From Patescibacteria group bacterium UBA1388 (lineage in GTDB: Bacteria > Patescibacteriota > Microgenomatia > UBA1400 > PJMF01): a stretch of DNA of 64,000 nt. The notes under the pieces were generated by a model that did not search any database, was not told the origin of the DNA, and was given only the letters and a program-made list of their open reading frames with translations. The stretch's first letter is position 1. Each line of letters begins with the position of its first letter. Of the stretch, positions 28,048-37,533 are shown piece by piece. The translations under genes were made by a program, and so were the position numbers. The DNA lies in the NCBI GenBank assembly GCA_002305355.1, contig DBQS01000014.1, positions 4,720 through 68,719 of the forward strand. Reading direction: 5' to 3'.

Positions 28048-28710
28048 TCATTTGTTAGTCATTTGATGTAGCGCCACTTCTGCTGCTTTTTGTTGCGCCT
28101 GTTGCTTACTCTTACCCTGTCCTGTAGCAACGACTTGTTCGCCGACTGAAACTGAAACAGTAAACAATTTATCATGATCTGGACCAACTTCTTCAACTAC
28201 TTGATATGTGGGGGTGGGTAAACCTTGGGATTGCACCGATTCTTGGAGCTGACTTTTGGCATCTTTATAGGTGCCTTCAGCCAGAATTTGATCTAAGTGC
28301 ACGTAAAGATGGGTCTTTAAAAAATTTTCTACCGCCTCAAAACCTTGGTCAAGGTACAATGCGCCAATCAAAGCTTCCATGGTGTCTGCCAGTAAACCAA
28401 TATTTTGCCTTCCTCCAGAGGATTCTTCACCCCGACTCATCTTAATCTGCTCGCCAAGCTTAAGCTTAGTAGCAACCTTGGATAACGATGTAGTTTTAAC
28501 TAACGCACTCCGGTAGGCAGTGAGAACACCTTCGTTTTCTGTGGGGAATTTATTATACAAAAATTTAGTTGTGGCCAGTTCTAAGACGGCATCGCCCAAA
28601 AATTCCAACCTTTCGTTAGAGTCGGCCGCTTTGAGACCTTTTTCGTTTAAGATACTGCGGTGGGTTAAAGCAATATTAAGAAGTTGGGGATCACTAAATT
28701 GAGGAAGCAT
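28048..28710 (-). CDS. rnc: Ribonuclease III
   Basis: NERLEFLGDAVLEL signature, ADTMEALIGALYLD, dsRBD KSQLQE...GPDH. Confidence 0.97.
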   Translation of the reverse strand: MLPQFSDPQLLNIALTHRSILNEKGLKAADSNERLEFLGDAVLELATTKFLYNKFPTENEGVLTAYRSALVKTTSLSKVATKLKLGEQIKMSRGEESSGGRQNIGLLADTMEALIGALYLDQGFEAVENFLKTHLYVHLDQILAEGTYKDAKSQLQESVQSQGLPTPTYQVVEEVGPDHDKLFTVSVSVGEQVVATGQGKSKQQAQQKAAEVALHQMTNK

Positions 28711-28728
28711 GTTGACTGTCTAAGGTGC

Positions 28729-28986
28729 TTAACCAAGTTCGGTTTCGTCGTTTATGAAAGTTAGTAAATCTTCAACTGTTTCTACTTGATCGGCGATGAT
28801 TGGCACGTCAAGCCTAATGTCAAATTCATGATTAATCTTTTTGATGACGCGTGGTAGATCTGCTTCGATAATCATGCCTAAATCTTCCTCAAGGTCAGAC
28901 TCAGGATAAATATCACCAGCCTCGTTGCCGGTGGTTTCTGCCAAAATATCGCGTAGTTTTTCAAATCTAGTAATATCAACAGGCAT
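28729..28986 (-). CDS. Acyl-carrier-protein-like protein lacking the conserved Ser
   Basis: Acidic 85 aa, EDLG...EFDI...TVEDL pattern, acpP position upstream of rnc; no DSL motif. Confidence 0.75.
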   Translation of the reverse strand: MPVDITRFEKLRDILAETTGNEAGDIYPESDLEEDLGMIIEADLPRVIKKINHEFDIRLDVPIIADQVETVEDLLTFINDETELG

Positions 28987-29000
28987 ATATTTTCATCTTG

Positions 29001-29372
29001 TTACTTTTTACTGAATTCGTCAAGCAACAACTTGGCTAGTGCCCCATTAATGAATCGAGGCGAGTTTTCACTTCCAAACTCCTTGGCTAGTTCAATTGCT
29101 TCATCAAGTAAGACTTTTTTTGGTGTCTGCTTGTGCTCTGATTCAAACACAATCAACCGTAAAATTGCAAGATCAATTTTGTTAATCTCGCTTAATGGTC
29201 TTTCCGGAGCAACTAATTGGATCCGTTCATCAAGTAAATCTAAATGTTTTAGTAATTCAAGCACTGTTCCTTGTTCAGATTCCAAGCTTGATGCCAAGTT
29301 TTCTGCTGTAAACGTGCACGCAAATAGTTGTTGCAGTAACTCTGCTCTTTTTGCATGACGAGAATCTTGCAT
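29001..29372 (-). CDS. nusB: Transcription antitermination factor NusB
   Basis: IDLAILRL, DEAIELAKEFG..SPRFINGAL. Confidence 0.95.
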   Translation of the reverse strand: MQDSRHAKRAELLQQLFACTFTAENLASSLESEQGTVLELLKHLDLLDERIQLVAPERPLSEINKIDLAILRLIVFESEHKQTPKKVLLDEAIELAKEFGSENSPRFINGALAKLLLDEFSKK

Positions 29373-29705
29373 TTAACCTTTATGCTGTGTTTTTCGGCCA
29401 GATGTAGGTTTGGTTTGGGCAGCGGGATGAAGTTTGGCGGTTTCTTGAGTTGCACTCATAGCAGGACTAATTGATGGCGCAGTTTTAACGCGTTTTTTGC
29501 CAACATTTTTTTGGCCAGATTGGCGAGACTCTTGAGCATCAGTTGCATTTTTTAAGCCGGTTGCATCGAGAATACTGTTTACGAGTCCACGCTTGTAAAG
29601 CGGCACAGAAATAACATTGGGATCTTTTTTCAGATCTGGTGTATTACCGGCGCGACGTTTGCCCCGTTCGGCTCTAGTGATTTTATTTTTAGGTAAAGCG
29701 CCCAT
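29373..29705 (-). CDS. rpmF: 50S ribosomal protein L32, divergent, Cys-free, extended
   Basis: MGALPKNKITRAERGKRRA N-terminus and rpmF-nusB-acp-rnc context; start reassigned to ATG 29705. Confidence 0.8.
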   Translation of the reverse strand: MGALPKNKITRAERGKRRAGNTPDLKKDPNVISVPLYKRGLVNSILDATGLKNATDAQESRQSGQKNVGKKRVKTAPSISPAMSATQETAKLHPAAQTKPTSGRKTQHKG

Positions 29706-30002
29706 ATTTTCCTTAGTGAATAACGTTACAAGTATACACTTTTTTGTTTTCAAAACTACACATCAAGGGAGCGATTGTACCGTGACTTGAGGCAAATCTC
29801 AAGTGGCGGTCTGAGGTTTTGGGTTTGTTTGCCAGTGTATAGGAAAAAGAGCTATAGAGCCATGTCAATTAATTATCTCTTGACGGAACGAGGAGTTGAC
29901 TAGAAGTAGTTGACTCTCCTAAGTGACGTTGTATGATGAGCGAAAAGTTTTCGAAAAAAAGATTAAATTACATGCGTTGTATAAGCACTACTAAGGAATT
30001 TC

Positions 30003-30452
30003 ATGAATAGATCTCTAGAGCAACCAATGTTTTCAGCAGATGAACCAGTAGTTGAAGGTCAGCGGGGTGTAGACAAATTAGTACCCGATGAAAATCTTGA
30101 TTTACTTGCAAACGTGATTGAGATGAGATTCAATGCTATAGATCAAGCTTTTGATTTCATGGGTCTATTCAACGTTGAGGTGCTAGCAAATCAGGGAGCG
30201 TCACGTTTTTTTGATCAGGAGAAATTTGCCAAAAAATGGTTAAATGAGCCAGATTTTAGAGATAGTGTTAATTTATTATTCGCTGGGTTTGACTTAGCGA
30301 TGATTAAAAGATTTTTTTTAGACTATGGTGTTGAGAAAGAATTTGCCAAAACAATCAGTCGGGTAATCGTCAAAAACAGGGTTGGGGAAAGAGCAAAAAG
30401 AGCGAAAGTTCATCAAAAAGCAGTAAAAAAATTAGGAAAGTTCATTAATTAA
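30003..30452 (+). CDS. Hypothetical protein
   Basis: 149-aa ORF, AAGGA RBS, upstream TTGACT-16-TATGAT. Confidence 0.7.
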   Translation: MNRSLEQPMFSADEPVVEGQRGVDKLVPDENLDLLANVIEMRFNAIDQAFDFMGLFNVEVLANQGASRFFDQEKFAKKWLNEPDFRDSVNLLFAGFDLAMIKRFFLDYGVEKEFAKTISRVIVKNRVGERAKRAKVHQKAVKKLGKFIN

Positions 30453-30476
30453 CAAAAAGTTTTTAATGGGGAAAAT

Positions 30477-30905
30477 ATGAGAAGCAATTCTGAATTTGGG
30501 TCGCCTGAGGCAGGAAGCTTTGATCCATCAGCTCTTGATCGGGGGCATGTGCAAACAAATCCTGAAGCAAGCAATTTGGAGGATGTGGCGGTTGATATTA
30601 GAGAATTTTTGGCAGCAGAAGGTGTTTTTGATGGCGAAGATGGGAGTATGCAAGAATTAGAACGTCGTTTTAAAAATGATGGCGCTTTTGTGCAAGAAAT
30701 AATCGGTTTTATGGAGGACTTGAATAGGCAGCAAATCCAAGATGCGCTGATGCACGCCGGCTGTCCAGAGCCAGCTTATTTTGCCCAAAAAATTGCTGGT
30801 CTGAAGAATGAATTTAACGAGAGGAACCAGGGAATTAAAGGGCCAGAGGGAATAACTTATCGCCAACCAGGTCAGATGGGTCGACCTGTTGAAAGTGGTT
30901 ACTAG
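30477..30905 (+). CDS. Hypothetical protein
   Basis: 142-aa acidic ORF, GGGGA RBS, tandem with the previous gene. Confidence 0.7.
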   Translation: MRSNSEFGSPEAGSFDPSALDRGHVQTNPEASNLEDVAVDIREFLAAEGVFDGEDGSMQELERRFKNDGAFVQEIIGFMEDLNRQQIQDALMHAGCPEPAYFAQKIAGLKNEFNERNQGIKGPEGITYRQPGQMGRPVESGY

Positions 30906-30986
30906 TCGAGCGATCTCGATTTATTGAGGGATAATTTAGTTCAGGTTGATCAATCTCACAAAAGCCGCTTAATCAAGATCAGTCAA

Positions 30987-33080
30987 TCAATTTGCTAGTA
31001 GCTGTTTGTCATTGGTAATAAATGAAAATAGCGGTTGCCAATCTGAGGGGAGTTTTTTAAAAACGTGTTGGGCGATGCTGATCAACTCAAAGTTGGTCCA
31101 ACTGGCAAATTGGAGTGTCCCCCACCCGTGTTGTTCTACTCCAAATAAATCACCTGCGCCTCGGTGTTGTAAATCAATTTCTGCCAGTTCTTGACCGTTA
31201 TTAGTTTGACTAAACTGACGCAATCTTCTTTTAGCTTGGGAAGACTTGGTATTAGAAAAAACTACACAGTAACCTTGTTGACCCGCGCGGCCGACACGGC
31301 CGCGCAGTTGGTGCAAGCTAGCAAGCCCAAACCGCTCGGCAGATTCAATAATCATCGCCGCAGCTTGAGGAAGATCAATTCCGACTTCTACAATTGGAGT
31401 TGTGACCAAAATGTCAATTTTTTGTTGGAACATTTTTTCAATTACTTGCTGTTGGGCTGTTTTTTTCATCTTTCCATGAAGCTCGGCAATTTTGACGATT
31501 GGTTGTTTGTCTTTTACCACAGCTGGGGTTGTTTGTTTCTCCTCTTTGGCCCTTTTTTTCTGAGTAATTAGGTCAACTGCTTTCTGTTTTTCAAGTTTTT
31601 TGAAAGCAGCTTTAACAGTTTGATATTTTTGGGTGGTGGCTGCCACATCAGCTAAGCCTTCATTTTCAGAAGGGTTGATAAATGGGCACACTACCAATGA
31701 CTGAAATCGACCAGCTCCTTTTTTAGAAATTTGCTCATAGATCCAAGCGTACATATCGATGCGTTTTGTTTCTGGTAGTATCCAAGTTTTAGTTGGCAGA
31801 CGATTGTTAGGTAGCTCATCAATCACCGACACATTGAGGTGAGAAAAAATTGTGAGCAACATGGTGCGAGGAATGGGTGTGGCCGTCATAGTTAGCACGT
31901 GCGGTGGCGTCGGCAAATTTTCTGCAGCCGAGCGTTGTTTGACTCCAAAACGGTGCTGTTCGTCGTAAATAATAAACGCGGGATTAATTTGTAAAAGCTG
32001 GTTGATAAGAGCATGAGTGCCGACGTAAAACTTTAGTGATTGGCCTTTGTTAATAATGTTTTTACGCTTGCTTTGAACAGCGGTGATGAGTTCAATTTCC
32101 AGGTCAGGAAATAGTTCGCTCAGAGTCGCCGCGTGTTGCTCGGCTAAAATTTGAGTGGGAGCAATCAAACCCACGTTATGACCAGATAAGATTACTTGTC
32201 TGGCGGCAATGCCAGCCACCACTGTTTTTCCGGATCCGACATCGCCAATGAGGATGCGATTCATGGGCGAAGTTCGGTTTAAGTCCATCTTGATTTCATC
32301 TATACACCGTTGTTGAGCTTGAGTAAGAGCAAACGGAATCGTGTTGGGGATGAGTGGTTGTTGAGAGTGAATTTGATGGGCACCACGCTTTTTTTGCCAG
32401 GCTGCTTTCAGTTGATGAGAGTGACGTATTAAACCCAATAATTCTTCCAAAGCTAAGCGCTCCCGAGCTGCAACTACTGCCGGCTCCGTTTCTGGAAAGT
32501 GCAGTTGACACAGCGCCTCTTGCAAATCTGGCATGTGATATTTTTTTGGTAAAAGATGTTGAATCGGATCAGGGTGTGATTCCAGGTGAGTGGTGATTTC
32601 TTTGAGTAATCTCCGGAGAGTGCCTTGTTTCAAGCGCAGAGTTGACGAATAGAGAGGAATTAAGCGGCCAGTGTGAATGGTATCAACCTTTAATTTTTCA
32701 AATAAGGGCTGCACCATCGTTCGCCGGTCGTTTACTTTGCCACTAAACAAGTATTCCTGACCGACTTGAAGACTGGACTGCGCAAAGCGATTATTAAACC
32801 ACAATACGGTCATGGTGCCAGTTTGGTCACTAATCTTGGCAGTGGTAACGGTTCTTCTTCCCCGGTAACTTGTTGAAATTTTCAGTAAACTAGCTGAAAT
32901 AGTTAGCAGCTGGTTTGCTGGTGCAGACGCAATGGTGCTAAACTGCGAACGATCCTCATATCTGAGTGGGACGGCAAGCAGCAAATCAAGCACGGTAGAG
33001 TAACCATTTGCCTGAAGAAGAGCATTCAATTGTGGCCCGATGCCTTTCACCGCAGGCAAGGGTGTGGTTAGTCGATACAT
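30987..33080 (-). CDS. recG: ATP-dependent DNA helicase RecG
   Basis: GDVGSGKT, DEQHRFGV, TATPIPRT, AERFGLASLHQLRGRVGR. Confidence 0.97.
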   Translation of the reverse strand: MYRLTTPLPAVKGIGPQLNALLQANGYSTVLDLLLAVPLRYEDRSQFSTIASAPANQLLTISASLLKISTSYRGRRTVTTAKISDQTGTMTVLWFNNRFAQSSLQVGQEYLFSGKVNDRRTMVQPLFEKLKVDTIHTGRLIPLYSSTLRLKQGTLRRLLKEITTHLESHPDPIQHLLPKKYHMPDLQEALCQLHFPETEPAVVAARERLALEELLGLIRHSHQLKAAWQKKRGAHQIHSQQPLIPNTIPFALTQAQQRCIDEIKMDLNRTSPMNRILIGDVGSGKTVVAGIAARQVILSGHNVGLIAPTQILAEQHAATLSELFPDLEIELITAVQSKRKNIINKGQSLKFYVGTHALINQLLQINPAFIIYDEQHRFGVKQRSAAENLPTPPHVLTMTATPIPRTMLLTIFSHLNVSVIDELPNNRLPTKTWILPETKRIDMYAWIYEQISKKGAGRFQSLVVCPFINPSENEGLADVAATTQKYQTVKAAFKKLEKQKAVDLITQKKRAKEEKQTTPAVVKDKQPIVKIAELHGKMKKTAQQQVIEKMFQQKIDILVTTPIVEVGIDLPQAAAMIIESAERFGLASLHQLRGRVGRAGQQGYCVVFSNTKSSQAKRRLRQFSQTNNGQELAEIDLQHRGAGDLFGVEQHGWGTLQFASWTNFELISIAQHVFKKLPSDWQPLFSFITNDKQLLAN

Positions 33081-33083
33081 GAT

Positions 33084-33188
33084 TTAGCCGAAGATGTAAA
33101 AAAAGCCGACCATCGAGCTGGCAATCATGCCAATAATGGCCACGATGGCAAACACTTTTACAATCCGTTCACGATTTTTTCTAGTCAT
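33084..33188 (-). CDS. Small single-TM protein, 34 aa (not in ORF track)
   Basis: MTRKNRERIVKVFAIVAIIGMIASSMVGFFYIFG; fills the tyrS-recG gap and ends 3 bp before the recG ATG. Confidence 0.7.
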   Translation of the reverse strand: MTRKNRERIVKVFAIVAIIGMIASSMVGFFYIFG

Positions 33189-33222
33189 AGCTTGATGTGT
33201 CTTTTCTCTATTACTTGCGGCG

Positions 33223-34428
33223 TTATTCAACTGCTACTTTAAAGTACCGCCGTTTTCCAATTTTGACAACTTGTCCTGAGTGAACTTCAATTTGGGTAAA
33301 AAAGTCGGTTAATTTATTATCGTCTGGCAAAAGAGTAACAGCCCCTTGTTCCACCAATCTGCGGAGTTGACTGTTGCTTTCTGTTGGTAAACAAGCTTGG
33401 AGCAGTTGGCTAACTTGTAGGTGAGAGACAGAAAGTTTGACAAGCGGAATATCGTCGGGAAGTTGCTGATTTTGCACAGTCTTTTCAAACTCTTGTTCTG
33501 CCCTTTCTGCTTGGGCATGATCATGATACATGCTGGTGATCGTCTTGGCTAAGTATTTTTTAAACTGTAACGGATTATCTCCCCTTTCCATCGCTTGGCT
33601 CATCTCTTCAATTTCATTCAACGGTACATCAGTGAGCAAAGTGAAGTAAGGCAGAATTTGATCATCATCAAGCGACATTAATTTGCCATACATGTGAGAA
33701 GCTTCTTCTGTTAAAGCAATATAATTGCCGTAGCTTTTACTCATTTTGCGACCATCGGTGCCATTAATAATAGGGGTAGTAAGTACCCATTTATCGCGGT
33801 TATTAATGGATTTTTGCAGTTGTCTGCCCATCATCATATTAAACAACTGGTCAGTGCCTCCAATTTCCAAGTCAACATCTAGGTGAACACTATCATAACC
33901 TTGAAGCATGGGGTAAATTACCTCATGTCCAAAGATAGGCTGACCCTTCTCAATTCTTTTTTGGAACATGTCTCGTTCTAGCAATTGCTGCACGGTGGTT
34001 TTTGCCAGTAGTTTGACTATATCCTGATATGTGAGCTTATCCAACCAATCGCCATTGTACTTAATTTCAATTTGGTCAAAATTGAGTATTTTGCTAGCCT
34101 GATTTTTCCAGGTTTGGAAATTTTGAACAATTACTTCATCGGTTAATTCCGGTCGAGTGCTATCCCGACCAGTTGGGTCACCAATCCGTACGGTGCCATT
34201 GCCAATCAACAAGATCACGCTGTGACCCTGATCGGCAAACTGCTGTAGTTTGCGCAAGACTACGCTGTGGCCTAGAGTGAGATCATTGCCAGTGGGATCA
34301 ATGCCTAGATACAACTTAATTTTCTGCTCTGCCATCAATTGCGCTAGGCCATCTGCGCTAGGTAGGATCTGTTCGACACCTCTAGTTAAAATTTCTGGAA
34401 TTGTAGGGTTGGTACTTGCATCTAACAT
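33223..34428 (-). CDS. tyrS: Tyrosine--tRNA ligase
   Basis: GIDPTG.DLTLGH (HIGH variant), GGTDQ.FN, KMSKS, S4 domain; start reassigned to ATG 34428. Confidence 0.97.
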   Translation of the reverse strand: MLDASTNPTIPEILTRGVEQILPSADGLAQLMAEQKIKLYLGIDPTGNDLTLGHSVVLRKLQQFADQGHSVILLIGNGTVRIGDPTGRDSTRPELTDEVIVQNFQTWKNQASKILNFDQIEIKYNGDWLDKLTYQDIVKLLAKTTVQQLLERDMFQKRIEKGQPIFGHEVIYPMLQGYDSVHLDVDLEIGGTDQLFNMMMGRQLQKSINNRDKWVLTTPIINGTDGRKMSKSYGNYIALTEEASHMYGKLMSLDDDQILPYFTLLTDVPLNEIEEMSQAMERGDNPLQFKKYLAKTITSMYHDHAQAERAEQEFEKTVQNQQLPDDIPLVKLSVSHLQVSQLLQACLPTESNSQLRRLVEQGAVTLLPDDNKLTDFFTQIEVHSGQVVKIGKRRYFKVAVE

Positions 34429-34558
34429 GAGGTTATTGTACCGCAACCTGAAGAATTATCGTAGTTTCAGATTGAGCGAATTTTATTTGCTCCCTCGTCT
34501 TTTTAGTGAAGATTCATGAATATTCAATAAAGGTTATAAGTACGGTAAAATAGAGTTT

Positions 34559-37468
34559 ATGGAAAAATCTATTCCTGAGATAGAGGTGTTGTCATTGGAT
34601 GATGGAACTCAAGTATCTGATGATGAGCCCCAAAAATCTGATGATGAGCCCCAAACATCTGATGATAAGTCCCAAACGTCTGCTTCTCGAGAGGAAATGG
34701 CGTCTGTTGCCAAACTTCAGTTGGGGTGGTGGCAACAATTTGTATCCACGCTCAAAACCTGGTATAACGCGCTGTTAACAAAAGTTGCCAATATGTTTAA
34801 ACTTATCCCCAATCGTGCTCCGTCAAGACGTGCTTCCAGAAGACTAACTCAAGCCCAGCGCAAATTGCTGTGGATGAAGCTGCTTAGGTTTGGTGCGATT
34901 GGTATGTTGGCCGCAGTGGTACTAGGTATGATGGCATTCTTTGCCTTGTTTGTTTATTACTCCAGCCAATTACCTAAACCAGGAGAAATTGTGCGCCGGT
35001 CTGGTTTTAGCACCAAGATTTTTGCACGTAACGGTGAGTTGCTATATGATCTCTACGACCAAGAACGGCGCACTCCTATTAAAATTGATCAGGCTCCGGA
35101 GCATCTCAAGCAAGCCACTATCGCGATTGAAGATAAAGATTTCTACAATCACGAAGGTTTTGACATGCTTACTATTCTGCGGATTCCTTACAATGCGATT
35201 GTGAAGCAGCGGGTGGTTGGTGGCTCTACCCTCACTCAACAGTTGGTCAAAAATGTGTTTTTAACCAATGAACGAAGCGTGACGCGCAAATTTAAAGAAT
35301 TGGTGCTTTCACTCCAAATCGAGCGGACTTTTTCCAAAGATCAAATTTTGGAGATGTACTTAAATGAGGCACCATATGGTGGTACTGCTTGGGGGGTGGG
35401 GACGGCCGCTGAGATGTATTTTGACAAACCTATTCAAGAACTAACAGTGACCGAAGCTGCGATTTTGGCCGGTCTACCTCAGCGGCCGTCAGCATATTCG
35501 CCTTTTACCGGTAAAACTGATGAAGAAGGTGTGCCGTTGTGGAAAGTGAGAACCTTGGGTGTGTTAAGGCGGATGAAGGAAGATGGCTATATTTCAGATT
35601 TAGGATATGAGGAGGCAATTAAGGAGCTTGACCAGATAGTATTCAACACCAGTGGAGTCAATATCGTGGCACCACATTTTGTATTTTATGTCCGTGACTT
35701 GTTGGCAGAGCAATATGGTGAAGATGTAGTTGAAACTGCTGGTTTTAAAGTGACCACTTCTCTTGACTTAGATCTGCAAAAAGAAGCAGAGACGGTAGTT
35801 GCAGAGGAGATTGAGAAAGTGGAAAGTCTAAACATCACGAATGGTGCGGTGGTCGTGATGCAGCCTCAAACTGGTGAAATTATGGTAATGGTGGGTAGCA
35901 AGGATTTCAATAGTGAAGAAATTGATGGTCAATTTAACGTCGCAGTGGATGGTTTGCGACAGCCTGGCTCATCAATCAAGCCAGTCACTTATTTAGCTTT
36001 ATTGCAAAGGGGCTATACACCTTCAAGTATGCTCATGGACGTATCAACAGTTTTTCAAGCTACTGCCAATGATAAACCCTATCAACCTAAGAACTATGAT
36101 GGTATTTTTAGAGGACCAGTGAATGTTCGAAATAGTTTGGGCAGTTCACTCAATGTACCTGCTGTCAAAGCGCTTGCTTTAGTTGGGATCGATAATTTCT
36201 TGGATCAAGCATATAAAATGGGTTTTGTAACTCTTGAACCAACTAGAGAAAATATGCAACGCTTTGGGTTGGCAGTGACTTTGGGAGGTGCTGAAGTTCA
36301 TTTGCTGGATACGGCTACGGCATACAGCTCTTTTGCTAATGGAGGTTATAAGGTTGAACCGGTGGCAATTTTAAAAATTGAAGATCGTGATGGCAGGGTG
36401 ATATATGAACACAAACCTGTCCAGGGAAATCGCGTGATGACTGATGGGGAAGCCTTTTTGATCAACAATATTTTATCTGATAATTCTGCGCGTGCGATGG
36501 CGTTTGGAACAAATTCGCTTTTGAATGTTAATCAGCACGTGGCAGTTAAAACTGGAACAACTAATGACCAGCGTGACAACTGGGCAGTGGGTTGGTCTCA
36601 AGATGTGTTAGTGGGGGCATGGGTAGGAAATAATGACAATAGCGCCATGAAACAAGTTGCTTCTGGTGTTTCTGGTGCGACTCCAATTTGGCGACGCATT
36701 ATACTTGCCGCTCTTGATAGAGATGAATATGGTGCACCGCCCTTTGAAATGCCAGATTCGGTAGAACAAGTGCAAGTAGATGCTATCTCTGGTTATCCAG
36801 CTCATGATGATTTCCCGGCACGGACTGATTTTGCGATCAAGGGTACTCTGCCTGCTTTACCTGATCCAATTCACACCAAGTTAAAATTGTGCCGGGGTGA
36901 AGATAAATTAGCCAATGATGCCAGGGTTGCCGCTGGAGATTATGAGGAAAAAGAATTTGTCGTGATTCGAGTGCAGGATCCGGTTAATCAAGAAGGTAAA
37001 AATTTATGGCAGGATGCTATCAATGAGTGGATTGGTCAAAATGAAGATCGACGCTTTCATCCACCTAATGAGTACTGCGGTGAAGATGATGAAATTTATT
37101 TGAAAATGAAACGACCGGAAAATGAAAAGAAATACGAATATGAAGATATTGAGGTTGAAATTGAGGCTGATTCCAGTGATGGGATTAAGAAAATTGAAGT
37201 GTGGGTAGATGATAAGCTCATGGAAACCATCAATAGTAATCGGTACAAAGGTAAAATTAAGATGCCAGCCGGCCAACATGAAGTTTATGCCAAGGTTGAA
37301 ACGAGAGATGGTCATACAAAGCGCACTGACAAAGTGAAAATTGGTACTGGCGGTGAGGATTGGAAAAAACCAGATCCTACTCCCACTCCAAAACCAACCC
37401 CTTCGCCTACTCCCACCCCTACTCCAACTCCGTCCACTGGTGAAGATCAGGAAGATGAAAACGGTTGA
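34559..37468 (+). CDS. Class A penicillin-binding protein (PBP1A family)
   Basis: IEDKDFY.H.G, GGSTLTQQLVKN, RKFKE, QPGSSIKP, SLNVPAV, KTGT; Ig-like C-terminus and PT tail. Confidence 0.95.
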   Translation: MEKSIPEIEVLSLDDGTQVSDDEPQKSDDEPQTSDDKSQTSASREEMASVAKLQLGWWQQFVSTLKTWYNALLTKVANMFKLIPNRAPSRRASRRLTQAQRKLLWMKLLRFGAIGMLAAVVLGMMAFFALFVYYSSQLPKPGEIVRRSGFSTKIFARNGELLYDLYDQERRTPIKIDQAPEHLKQATIAIEDKDFYNHEGFDMLTILRIPYNAIVKQRVVGGSTLTQQLVKNVFLTNERSVTRKFKELVLSLQIERTFSKDQILEMYLNEAPYGGTAWGVGTAAEMYFDKPIQELTVTEAAILAGLPQRPSAYSPFTGKTDEEGVPLWKVRTLGVLRRMKEDGYISDLGYEEAIKELDQIVFNTSGVNIVAPHFVFYVRDLLAEQYGEDVVETAGFKVTTSLDLDLQKEAETVVAEEIEKVESLNITNGAVVVMQPQTGEIMVMVGSKDFNSEEIDGQFNVAVDGLRQPGSSIKPVTYLALLQRGYTPSSMLMDVSTVFQATANDKPYQPKNYDGIFRGPVNVRNSLGSSLNVPAVKALALVGIDNFLDQAYKMGFVTLEPTRENMQRFGLAVTLGGAEVHLLDTATAYSSFANGGYKVEPVAILKIEDRDGRVIYEHKPVQGNRVMTDGEAFLINNILSDNSARAMAFGTNSLLNVNQHVAVKTGTTNDQRDNWAVGWSQDVLVGAWVGNNDNSAMKQVASGVSGATPIWRRIILAALDRDEYGAPPFEMPDSVEQVQVDAISGYPAHDDFPARTDFAIKGTLPALPDPIHTKLKLCRGEDKLANDARVAAGDYEEKEFVVIRVQDPVNQEGKNLWQDAINEWIGQNEDRRFHPPNEYCGEDDEIYLKMKRPENEKKYEYEDIEVEIEADSSDGIKKIEVWVDDKLMETINSNRYKGKIKMPAGQHEVYAKVETRDGHTKRTDKVKIGTGGEDWKKPDPTPTPKPTPSPTPTPTPTPSTGEDQEDENG
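34616..34682. repeat. 21-bp tandem repeat x3 in the PBP1A N-terminus
   Basis: TCTGATGATGAGCCCCAAAAA / ...CAAACA / TCTGATGATAAGTCCCAAACG; encodes SDDEPQK-like units. Confidence 0.9.
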
Positions 37469-37533
37469 TTTTTTACTGATAATCTGACCTGAAAGGTAGC
37501 CGATCTAAAGCTTGAAGTTTGTTTATGAGCAAC

